A DNA stretch of 64,000 bases from Fimbriosthenelais zetlandica (taxonomy: Eukaryota), in the NCBI GenBank assembly GCA_977030845.1, contig OZ365109.1:61876001-61940000 (forward strand). Reading direction: 5' to 3'. Each line of letters opens with the position of its first letter. Position 1 is the stretch's first letter. Below are positions 23,950 to 36,000 of the stretch, in pieces. Both the position numbers and the translations under genes were made by a program. The notes under the pieces are model-generated. The model worked only from the letters and a program-made list of their open reading frames with translations. It had not been told where the DNA came from and did not search any database.

Positions 23950-24230
23950 GTGCTTGTTTGACATGTGCATTGAGTCATGCTGAGTTATAATCAAGTTGTG
24001 AGAATGCTGAATATTACAGTGTATGGACTTGTCAGCGGTTGTGGGACTCTCATTTGTGTATACTCTATCAAGTAGGTGTGATGGGGGCAACCAGAGTGGG
24101 CAGTGAGGAGTGTGATCCAGTGTCAATGCTGAGGATGTGACTGGTCCATGCATGGACCAAATGGATGTTAGGTCCCAGTAAAGGGCCAAAGCCATCAGCT
24201 TGGCACCACTGCCAGCAATAAGTATAGGAG
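23950..24230 (-). mobile_element. Possible decayed CR1/L2 APE C-terminal fragment
   Basis: APILIAGSG (cf. PI+IAGDFN), HLLDRVYTN (cf. LDK+YTN) and HSHNLII (cf. SDHNLI) in one frame and in order. Confidence 0.4.
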
Positions 24231-24240
24231 CAGTAGGAAG

Positions 24241-24560
24241 AGCAGCAGCAACAGCAGCCGCTGAATGCAGCTGCAACACTGCAGCAGCACCATATCCACC
24301 CCCAACAACCGCCACCTCCACCTCCCCCACCACCTCCACCATCAGCCTTAGCAGCAACATTGTGAGCTGCAGAGGCAGCAGTTCCTCTACGATCAACGCT
24401 CGGTCTCGTTGAGATATCGCAGCTGCCGTGATGTGAATCCAAAGTGAGGCCAGGATGTGTGGGCGGAGGAGGAGGAGGAGGAGGGGGAGAAGGAGGAGGG
24501 GGAGGGAAATGAGGAGGGGAGGGAGGTTGTGAAAAATGAGGGAGCAGAGGGAGAGGTGGA
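24241..24560. repeat. Low-complexity block: CAG/GCA repeats, CCA/CCT tract, then GGA-rich tract
   Basis: Direct inspection: agcagcagcaacagcagc, ccacctccacctcccccaccacctccacc and ggaggaggaggaggagg. Confidence 0.85.
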
Positions 24561-25390
24561 GAAAGTCAGGAGGACGAGGGTGACATTCGGGGGAATGTAG
24601 GAAAAGACCAACAGGAATGAACAGAAATGATCAAAATAATTAGAGAAAGTAGAAAAATGCAGAGGAAAGGAAAAGAAGCAACAAGATGGAAAGAGAATTC
24701 GGGGGAGATAGGAAATCCGGCAGAATTAGGCAAATAGGAGCTGAACGTGCCTCATAAGCATGGCAATTACATCAAGCAGCGATTCTTTGCCTTATTTATC
24801 TTTGATCGATTTTTATCAAGAAATGAGCCTAGAATTGGGTCGTTGTGATAGAACTTGTGACAAAGATAATCTAAAAGAACATCACAACCAACAGAGAGTG
24901 CACCTCCTGACACTCTTCTCAGCCTAGCTTAGTATCATTTATGAACCTGTGTAGAAGTGCAAAAACCACATGTTGTTCCTTCTTTGACAAGTCCATCATT
25001 AAAGCATAAGTCTATTTCCTGTAGTAATTGCTACAAGAAGACATTCCAGCAACAGCTTTTGCACTAATGTTATTATGAGTGGGAGCGTGTTCTCGTGTTC
25101 AGTATGGAGGCATGCCAGGTTTTGTAAGGTCATTCAATGCATTAGGTCATTAATGCTTATGGTCATTCTCATTATTCACCAAGGCAATGACTGCAGTGCT
25201 GATTTCTGGACAATAAGCCTCACCTTCTCACCACCCACTCTGCCTGCCCAGCCGCCTTCATTAACAGTCATTAGCTTCTGTATAGTCATTATCTACCTTG
25301 TAGGTTCTACCCTATGCACGGTCATCCCTGCTGCTGCTCCCCATGCTCCACTCACTCCTCCTCATTCTATAGCTGCATGTGTATTTGTCA

Positions 25391-25595
25391 GGGAGAGAGA
25401 GAGAGAGAGATCGAAGAGAAGTGAAGGATCGAATAGAAGGGAGAGAGATCGAAGAGAAGGGAGAGAGATCGAATAGAAGGGAGAGAGATCGAAGAGAAGT
25501 GAGAGATCGAATAGAAGGGAAAGAGATCAAAGAGAATGGAGAGATAGAAGAGAAGGGAGAGAGATAGAAAAGAAGGGGAGAGAAGGGAGAGAGAT
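25391..25595. repeat. (GA)n seed followed by an 18-20 bp purine-rich minisatellite GATCGAA(G/T)AGAAGGGAGAGA, ~9 copies
   Basis: Units start at 25409. The G/T variant alternates through the first seven copies, and the array degenerates 3'. Confidence 0.9.
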
Positions 25596-27916
25596 AAATA
25601 TCACAGTTGGATTACTAGAGATAGCAATCATCCACAAACATTTAAAATGTGCCTGCAATAATGTTTTGTATTGACTGCATGGTAACAATGAGTATGTGTA
25701 GGAAGGGGTTGATGAGAGCATGTGAATAGATATTATGGCAGATGGGCCCTGTCACTGGCATTGCCCTTCCCCCTTCCCTCCCCTCCCTCCTCCCTGATGG
25801 GTGTTTGTGCGAGTTTGGTGTTGGTATGTGATAGCTGGGACCCACCACACATGATTGATGCCCTGTTTCTAAGCCAGCCTATAGGTTGTCAATACGCCCC
25901 CCATCGCCAAACGCTGAAAGATGAGCAAACTCCACCACGCCCCTCTTCCTAGGGAGGCCAACAATACCCTTGCATCGTCCTCTGCCTCCCTTATCAACAC
26001 TGCTCTCTAGGAACCCACCTCATGCTCGATTTGATACAGGGCCTACTGACAAGGTCGTCAGTAACCATCCGTCATTCATATCGGTATTAGCAGCACAAGT
26101 TGGTTGGATCATCAGATGGCACTCTGTGAAACCTGCAAGGAGTCAAGAAAGGAGAGAAAAGCTTAGGTTTCTTTCCAATTGGCGCATGCAAGCTGCAGAT
26201 CTCTCTCACCCTCGATAGGCGAGAAAAGGGGGTTTCCCTATTCCTCCATTCATTTAGACTATCTTATCACCTAAATAGGTACATGCATGAATGAATATAT
26301 ATGATTTCATATCCTAAGCTCTGTTTCTCTCCATAATATAGATCTCTTAAAGGCAGCACCGCCAGAAGGTAATATTGTAGTATTCAAGTTTGGTGTTCAA
26401 CATAGGTCTATTTCCAAGTCGTATCCCATTATGATTAATGGAATTTAACATTATAAGTATTGAATTATTGATATCGTGGTAATCAAGTCATCACATAGGA
26501 AGGCAACTGGTAAAAGTTTTTCCTATTAATTGTGGCCATCCCCCGCACCAACCGGTATGCAATATTACACTTCCCTAGATGCCTTCCCATCTTCCCCGAG
26601 CCCGATGAGATGTAGTTCCCAGCGTGTAATATTTAAGCACAATCATAGCACTGCTTTACTAATTAGGATCCACAACCCTCCCTGAATCATTACCGTATTG
26701 AATCGCATAACTGGATTCTTTATAGTGCCAAATGTATCACAGGAAGTCAAATCATTAGCCGAAAGTCAAAGTAGGTTAATCTCTGTGTTGTTTCACTGCT
26801 AATATATTAAATCATGAGAGGCTAGCCTCACTACTATATAGCATTAGGCCTATAAGGAAGCATCGGGCGACATTGTCTCGAGGCATTGATTGCTTTGCAG
26901 TTGGCCTCACGAAGTAATGCTGCGATTATGCAAGATGTCTGTAGAAGTAATATACATTGCCTAGCGATGATAAAGCTCCTAAAATCAGTTCATTATACCG
27001 GAACTGACTCTTGATGTTGAAATTGGCTCAGCTCCCCAAGTAGATCATAGACATGGGTGGGGAAATTAACTGCCATCAGATACAAATGAGTCGTATTGTT
27101 AAGGTCAGCATTGATTAATGCTTTCTAAAGGCACACAAGTACATCAATGAATGGATCCATTTAGCCACAAATGGTTCAACATCATTGAGTGTGCCATATC
27201 TAATCTATCATAGTCATGAGAAATTTTAATTGCTGTATGACGCGATCCGCTTGCAAATGGGAGGTATTTGGCCTTTTTCTGTAGTTTTTGTCATAATGCC
27301 TCAATTGACAACTAGAGATAAGGTGCAGGGAGTCATTAGCGATAGCACTGTCATAAATGATATTATCTAAATGTGACATATACGATACATGCTGTTTCAG
27401 TCGAAAGATAACGTACTTACACCCATTTGTAGATGCTTATTATTGCGATGAGCATTATAGGGTCATAAACAATGTGATGGCCAATATAATATTGGCAAAA
27501 TTCCAAATTGTTTAACGATTTAACCATTAGTCTCAATGTGAGGCATTCCATGTTTAATGTCTAACTCAAATGCCAATACTGGCTGGCAATTCCAACCCAG
27601 GGAAGCTGGAGTATTTTGATCTCATAATTATTGCTTTTATGCATTATTGGAAGTCTCATACTTTTTAGGAGAAAATAGTCATTAGCTCTTTCCTCTGACC
27701 TCTCTTCTCTATCTATAACTAAGCTTTCAGTCTATGGAAATAGGGTGCATAAATGTTGTTTTGTATAAGCAAAGCTCCCTGCCTTTTATACAGAGCATGG
27801 CCAGAGTACAGGGCGGTAGGGGGAATAGCCTCCAAGGCAAGTACAATGCGGGAGAGGTGGATCAATAGATAACTTGTACACACCTCGATAAGGACCCGAT
27901 GGATCCAAGCAGACCT

Positions 27917-27929
27917 AGGTCACGGGTCA
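27917..27929 (+). promoter_or_regulatory. Nuclear-receptor DR1 element AGGTCA-C-GGGTCA
   Basis: Exact RGGTCA-n-RGGTCA inside a GC-rich patch of intron 1. Confidence 0.35.
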
Positions 27930-28429
27930 ATATTTAGGTGTCCTCCAGCGGGAGCCGGTCAATAGGCAACCCAAACTGAGCCACTAGGCCTAGTGGTAGG
28001 GTAAATATGAGCTCCCACTAGGCCTGGATTTGGCTACAGAAGCAGGACACGTTTTATTGTTCATTGCCTGTTTGCCTCCTTGATCCAGCTCATCTCATAC
28101 TGACAAAAGGCTCTCTTTGTCGTGTCATACACACTGTGAAGGTAGTCTGTTATTTTATGCCAACGATAATACATTCATCCTTCCTCCAAATATTATGTTA
28201 TATCCTATATCCATGGCCTTTATATTGTAATGTGTCATTGGCCTATGGGGGCTACATTGGGTTTAACCTTAAAACGCATTGCTGATTTTCATCGTATTTC
28301 ATTACTTTATATTCGAACCTTTGCAATAAAATTATGTTATTTCATTCATCAAAAGAAGTTCTGCGGAGTTGGCGATTTCTTCAGTACCATATGGATACAG
28401 AACATTTCCTGATAGTATTCGCAGGTACG

Positions 28430-28880
28430 AAAACAGAATTTTGTGCAAGGCATTTGCCATTTTGCATTTCGTTTATGGCCACAGGATAATGGCCATTTCT
28501 GCTACCTTGTACGTATAACGATTTTGAAGCCCTCTTATCTCTCCCATCTGGGACTTTGGGCCTATATTTTGTTTGCTGATCACGAGACATCGATCGGGTA
28601 CCGGTGAGGGTTAACTCAGTCACATGCCTTGTTGAAATGCGTCAGGGCAATTCTAATGTCACCTGTGCCTAGGTCTATGGAAGTAGGGCATGAATGATAC
28701 AGAGCCTGTAGAATCCATATCAGTATCTGACGTGAGCAGAACTGTAGCGCGAGGAGTTGAACGCATCTGTGTTCCGTATAGAACAAGGAAGAATATCCCT
28801 TCAGATATTTCACGACTAAGAAATAAAAGTGTATGATTCAAGCTCATTCCAAAAGTAGGTAGATTACTGTGATGGAACAT
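28430..28880 (-). mobile_element. Decayed CR1/L2-type LINE RT fragment
   Basis: LSREISEGIFF; SIDLGTGDIRIALTHFNKACD (cf. LD.G..V..A.LDF.KAFD); YVQGSRNGHYPVAINEM (cf. VPQGS.LGP.LF..INDL). Confidence 0.6.
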
Positions 28881-29929
28881 TCTGTCTGTATTTTCGAGAC
28901 AAAAAAGTCATCTGTGAATGAACATCCATGTCTACCGAACAGCTGTCCTTCTATTGATCAGTTTAGGGAACACTTCCTGATAATTACTGGATCGATCTTT
29001 TAATAAATACAACATATAGGCATCCATGGAATACACAGACATGTTGGTATATTGGTATGTCAAGCCAGCAGGCATATACAGATCCCATCATTACACTTCT
29101 TCCCTCCTCATCTTCCTAATCCCATTAATCTTCATGTCTACACTGCTATATACTACAAGTAGATTAGATATTGATATAAATGCACCAATAACTATGTGCC
29201 TTTGACATGGCAGCTAAGGGTTTCATTATCCTCCCCTCCAGTGATTAAAATAAATCCCTTCCTCTTGATGTATCTGCCTGAAGGCTATCAGTTGGGCCCG
29301 GCAGGTAGGATATATAAATGTTAGTCACATCGATGGACGACCCTGACAAATGAGTAGAGCTGCTCTAACAAAGAGAGCTCCTCTGACAAAGCTCAGGGCT
29401 GGCGATATGATCACTCACATAGGATGATGGCTTCTATATGCTCTTTTGACCCTCTCACTCATTCTCTCTCTCTCTTGTTGTTCCCATCCGATTGCCTCTT
29501 TCTCCATCTTCCACACATGCACTCACTCCTCTGTACCAATCTTCTGTACCGTCTGTCAGGAATAGAAGGTCTTGTTTATCCTAAATATTGGGCTCTTATT
29601 TATATATTAGAAGCACTTTCTTGGTTTTTATGATTGTGTAACTGTTGCTTTTAGAGTCATATTCTAAAGGTCAATGTCCTATTCTTCTATTTTTTTTTCA
29701 TTTTGACACCAATAAATAATGAGTTTGTTTCCATTTAAATACACGTTCATGGAAGAGCAAAATTTATCACTAGTTTCCTAGTTTCAACTTGTATGAGAAT
29801 GTTTTTGCTAAAGACTGAAGAGGTTAAATTTCCGAAGAAAGGAACATATTTAGCAACTATCAATTGCCCGTGCCTTGTAATGTATGAGCCTTTCACTTTA
29901 GCGTTCACTTCCCAAACTATAGCTAGATC

Positions 29930-30140
29930 GATGGTTGCTGAAGTTGAAGCATTTTAAAGTGGTCAAGTCTATACAGCTCAGCTAGACTGAGATTAGACCT
30001 AACAAACCCTGTAATCAGGCTTAAAACCCTGTAAGGGTCTTCGCTAAATAATCGATATACACCAGAGTGGCAGTGAAAGTGGTGAAGAAGAGAGGAAAGT
30101 GGGAGATAGTGGAGGAAAGAGTCATTAATATGCGTCATGT
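29930..30140 (-). mobile_element. Possible decayed CR1-type RT fragment (catalytic motif region)
   Basis: HINDS...VYRLFSEDP (cf. YINDL...RLFADD), with an extra purine/pyrimidine tract between the two motifs. Confidence 0.3.
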
Positions 30141-33100
30141 GGGCAGGGGTAGTGGTTTGCATTCACGACAAGGGTCAGTGCCAGCTCGTGTTGGACTCAG
30201 TAGTGACAGCAGATACAGGCAGGATGCTGGTTGGCTGAGAATAGTTCACCATTTCACGTCTCATCTCAGCTTCATCCTATAAACTAGGCATCTCACGCAG
30301 CCCAGCCTTCAAATGTTGCATAATGCTCCAGCTGTTGCTCATATCGTGTTGTCCTCATGATCCTCCCTGCCTTCCTTTCTCTTCGCTCGCATCTTTTTCA
30401 TGATATCCTCATTCGTCTCTCTTCTTGTCCACCCTTCCCGCCCATCCCATCTTCCAAGTTGGACTCCTTTTTCTTCATTAAAGGTTTTAATATTGCTCTT
30501 GATCATCCTCGCCTCATGCGTCATGTATATTTATCATGCGGAGCTAATAACTTTCCTTGCCCTGTCATTTTTAAAAACCTGACTGTGCTTGATTCCATGG
30601 TGAATTGTGGTGCCTATTGCAATGTGGAAGTTGAAAGTGAAGGCTTCTCATAAATCCAATCAAGAGATGAGATAATGATAGCAGAAATTCACTGTCGAAC
30701 GACAGGACGAACAGCAGAAATGATCATTGGAAGTTATCTAGGTAAATTAGCTCACTTCAGTGATAAGTATAGCTAGTCAGTAGAATCCGAGGATTAAACA
30801 AGGATATAATTAGGATCGTTTGGCAGAATAAGCTCTCCTGCTATAACGGGCTTTTATCCTGGCCACATGGCGGGCTAAAGACACCAGGCGGCGGTGCATT
30901 GAGCAAACACTTCCAGTCCTGCCCGCTTATTGACTTTCAATTCCTGGGCGCGATGAAAGTGAAATGCAATTTGCACAACAGATGAATGAATGCATAACAC
31001 GATTTGCATGGAGAGTGTGGATGGGCAGATACAAATACGCGGGAATTGACGGCAGGCCAACAACCATAATCTAAAAGCCTCTTCAGGCTGTTAAGTTCAG
31101 CACACTTGTTCTCAGTCACTTATTGACAACTGGTAACGGAATATTTCCTTTGAATTTAATTTTACAGTGAAATATATCTTACTTGGTATATAACAAATAC
31201 ATGAAACAGTAAAGATTGGGTAAAGGTAAAGATTAAGACCCAATAATCCACATTCTTTCGAAATCGCTCAGACTAGGCCTAATCTAATCGGTCAACAAAG
31301 AATTAATGATTTTTCATTAATTAATTTTCTAGGTGTGCCAAGCAATTCAACAATTTCACATTAGTTTCAATAGTTCAATTACTTCGTATATTGAACACCC
31401 CTCCCTCATTCATATAATTATGAAGGACTCTATGACCAGTGGACATGTGCATACTGGACTCATCAGAGGAAGGAGGACCATGTATTATAAGGGCCTCTGG
31501 GAAAGGACCTCCAAGTTCGGCCTGGCTTTACAATGAAAGGCATAATGTCCTTTGCAAACCGGATAGGGGTGTCATTTAGGATAGCTGGCACTTCCGGGGA
31601 ACTCATGTTTCTCTCCTCAGTTCCGCTTGTTACAACCCCGCCATCACTGGGAGATGGTCGTCCTTATGTTTACCTGTTATTTGGGACATTGGAAGAAATA
31701 GGAAGATGAAAGAAATGCCCTTCCAGCAGTGCCATTTTTCATGCATGGTTTTTGTACATTCTCGAAATGTATAATGGTGAATTTTGATTGAACGGATATT
31801 TGTATGGGTTGATTAGGGTATAGAATGTAGATTACATTGAAGATAAATGCGTGAGTGAGTCATTGACTATTTTGCCTGTTAAATACAGCCAATAATTCTG
31901 AGGAAATAAAATGCCACCCCAGATAGAAGAATGTAGGCTTATAGTGCATATCAGGATTTGCAGTGCTGGATTGTTTTATATCAGGGTTCTGGTACTGACT
32001 GCTGAGGGCCCTCAAGATGCTCTTTATGAGTGTATGGACATGAGCACTTGATATACAAAAGGGTCATGCGGCCGTGCCTGATATTCCACCAGTGTAGGGG
32101 CGCAGGAAAAAGATTAGGTCCCAGCAGAGCTAATTTAGAGATGCTGCCGGCGAAATGACCAAGCCCTGACCCTGTGCCGAGCAAATGTGGCAAAATGGAG
32201 GTGAAAAATGCTTCAGGGGACTGGCGGGCAGATGAGACGGGCTCGCTACCATTAATCTACATGAAAAAGCCTGAGCGTTGTGCTAACCCGCGCCCCAGTG
32301 TCACTATGAATATCTCAGGCGGATGCTGGCCTTTAGCTGTAAACAGCGGCGAATGATAGCAATCACTCGGCACAATGGGGGAGCTGGGAGACCGTACATG
32401 CCTTGTCTGGAGATTGCCTCGAACCACCCCTCCACCACAAACACCAGCACCCCTATAGCTCCTCCAGCTCTCTACTAAATAGTATGAGTGCCAAGTAGGT
32501 GGTGTAGGAGGAAAAAAGCCATGACATCGGTCATCATGAAGCTATATACTCTTTTGGCAAGCTGGAGAGGTCGAGCTGGTGCGTACTCATCCAACCCCAT
32601 TCTACTCACAGAGGCTTGCCCCCCTTAGCACAATGATGTAACCCACTCCGGTAATACAATCTTAGCCCTGACAGGCTGGGGTCAGGGTGTTGGACGTGTG
32701 ACATATTGGACATCCAACCGTTAAGTAGGGCCTCTCTTAATTCACAGTCTACTAGGTCCATATGATAAGAGTAAGCAGGATTGCATGTAAGCTATAGTGT
32801 TCTTGGAATACTCTGAATTGTTAAGTATTTTTTTCGCGTTATCATTTAAGTTTGTATCAACTTTATTACGGACACAAATAATATACAGGATAAATAAGGT
32901 TCATATTATGAGCTAGCGATTAGAAGACAAAAACAAAAACATAATTAAGGGAAGAAGACACCAGTTAGGTAGGAATGGTGTAGAGTCCGGTAAATTTTAC
33001 ATAATTATAATTTATATTACTATACTTCCGAATCCTTGAAGTATAATAATATATAGATGTACCTAGCACCGATAGTATGCAAGTATGCCTACATATATTA

Positions 33101-34949
33101 GTCTCTTAAAATAGATTAAGCTTGCTAAGCAATTGCATTGACTATACCCGAAATTTCCAGAATGGTGTAGCGCTGGTACCGGAACAATTACTGGGCGGCT
33201 AGCATAATGTACTCTCTATAAAGAAATGGTGCGTGGAGATGAACTTTTTAAACATGTGTCAGCTTTAAAATTGAAAAAGGTGTGCATGTTCCCATAACAT
33301 GATCGATGTATTTCATTAACTGCAAGCATTTTCGTGTAAGAATTGATCAGTGCTGAATTAGAAAAATACTGGCCACGTGAAAAATGTCGAGAGCATGTTT
33401 TAATTGCTTTGCCCACGCATGTAATCGATTTAATGGCAAGTTTTGTTTGTGGCCCTTACGGCCCTAGTTAACATCAACTGATAGCGCCCACATTCTAGCT
33501 TTAGGAACATTAGCAATAAGCAATAACTGGGGATAAGTGGGAATAAATTTCCACATCTCTGTATCTCTTTGATGGTATACTAAATAATTTGTCTCGTGTG
33601 ACAGGTGCATTTCATATTTCCATCCGATTCAATCATCCTTCAATACATTAGAGCTGACATGGTGCTGGTTGCTTTATCGGAAATGCCAAATGAATTATTC
33701 AAATCATTGAAACCCTCCGTTGGGAGGGATGCATATGGACTATGATGGAATAGGAGATGATCGATTAGCCCCATATGTGGGAGGAGATGGCCGGACTCAG
33801 ATTTGTAACATCAGCCTTATTTCTCCTCAGATGATAGTTGTTGATTGAAGGCCACTCCTTTCCAATATACATCAGGGTCAACAGGAAGATGATATAAGAG
33901 GAGTAGACCGCATCATTTATCCCCATCATAGCCACTCCAATAGCCACCTCTGTCTAACTCATAATATACCTAATTATCGGATTATTACGGGAATTTATTT
34001 GATTTGCTTGCAGTTGGTTTCAGTAACGTACTATACGCAACAAGCATTAATTCAAGAATTGCTCTACATACACTTAGAACCATGTGTAGGACCTCTTGTG
34101 AAATTATTGCCTGGCATTCATCAGAATAGTTCTGATGTTATCGGCTTGGACACTTACACGTAAACCCCTGATCAATTTGCATTAATTACATATGTAAATG
34201 CAATGGCTTCATTGTTCTGATGGCCAGGAATTTCCACCAACACGTATACCTTGACAACCAACCACTTTTCCTATACTGCTAGGTCTTTGAACATTGCCTT
34301 CAAAGCAAGTGCCGCCCCATAATGATACTATAATGCCCCAATAGAAACCAATTGTCACTTGTATTATCATTGGTGAGATAAATTCTCACTTTGCCTCTGA
34401 TGGTCATATCAGCCAGCCAATACTGTGTATTTCTGCATGACCTAATCTTACCAGACATAAAACCAACTCGTCTGGTGTCCCTTGAAGGAATGTCATTACT
34501 GTGCCTCTGATTCACCCCCTGGTCACATGTAAAAGCTGCATTACAGAGGAAGCAAACGGACCCCTTTTCAACCTAATGCCACTCTATCTATAGTGACTAT
34601 AAAGCATCGTTGTCATGGAAACTGTATCATCCTCTCTAGGCGTGCATGACATGAATACTTTATGATGTCTTTCTCAATTGCTTCCCATGTGCTGCCGATC
34701 CTTATGCATCTCTTGTATTGCTTTCTGGTATTGAGTTTATGAAAATGCCAAATGGCTGGGAGTGGCAAGAAGCTGGAGAGATTGTAAACCTCAGTTCCCA
34801 ATAGAATATGCTTTTAGTTCTAAATAATTAGTTTGATATAGTATCTCAGACAAAGTATACCGCAACAAATTACCCCCAATATTTCTCTTTTATATCCACA
34901 GAGGAACAATTTTGCATTTCTCTGAAGTAGGTGTAGAAACGGGATAATT

Positions 34950-36000
34950 GTCTGTGTAAATATGGAAATCTTATCTGAGTAAGTAGGCTATGTCGAGTCT
35001 TTTGGAAAGAGTACTGTTGCAGAATGGTTGTCGAGATATAATATCTATAGGAATTATGCAAATACGTATTCCCCATGGTCATGTGAGTTCATTGCATTAA
35101 TGCCCTTCTGCACAAGTGAGTTTTACTATACACATAACCTTCATGAACCTTTGGCCCTCTGTGAAGTAAGTATATTTTTAGATCGTGTTGGATGACTGGA
35201 TGTCTTTTATATTAGCCTCTTCCTTTTTGAAGGGAATGGAATTTACCAGCAAAGGACTGTTTGCAATTAGCCAGGTTCTTTAAATTTGCACTCAGGTCTG
35301 ATATCGAATTCCACCTCTCCACATCAGGTGTAATTCAATCTGTATAAAACCTTTGGTGGCATCTAATTCCATCCCATCCATTTTTCTCGGTACGCATTGT
35401 CTGGTGAATGATTACACTGTTAATTAATAATGCAATATTTATCCTTGGAACCACGTGCATGGGTGTAAGTATTAAATAGGATGTTGAGTCGATTAAGACT
35501 GGGATTTTTATGTCTTGAATGAAGAGCCATGGAGATGAAGCCATATCAAGGTAGACAATCACTATCGATCGTGGATTACCCATATTTACCAGGGAATCTC
35601 TCGATATAATACCTCTTCTTAATGTGAAATGAACATATTCCACCAGCCAAGGAAGCAACGGATACAAATAAATTGTGAATAGAAAAGCTTTTTTTTCCGA
35701 AGAAAGATGTGCTATACATTAACCCAATGTCTATAATGTCCTTTAGTGTATCTTGTTTTATAAACCGGGCTGATGATGTTTTCATATAACGTACATCAGA
35801 CGATGGGTAAATGATGAAGCTTGGGTTAAAAAGATATCACACAATATTGAAAAAGGTATTATAGAGAATGATGCATTGCATATTTTGCTGTTCACTAACA
35901 CATCCTATAGGGATATTGGATGCAGCAGAACACTCAATTGGCATTTTTCCCCTCCGGGCATTAATAGTCTTTACTTCATTAAATTCTATCATATCTTTGA
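34950..36000 (-). mobile_element. Decayed RTEX-like LINE RT
   Basis: YLFNPSFIIYP; NIISPVYKTRYTKGHYRH (cf. I.PIYK.G...NYRGI); STSFFGKKSFSIHN (cf. LTS.FGKLF.SILN); RFPGKYG*STID (cf. GFRPG.STID); ILYLDN (cf. LLYADD). Confidence 0.6.

Noticed and set aside
23884-24611. ORF-track ORFs of 124-170 aa rich in Gly/Ala/Cys/Pro
   Set aside because: Artefacts of trinucleotide low complexity. The same applies to ORFs at 8.2-9.4, 25.1-25.6, 38.1-38.5 and 40.5-40.8 kb.
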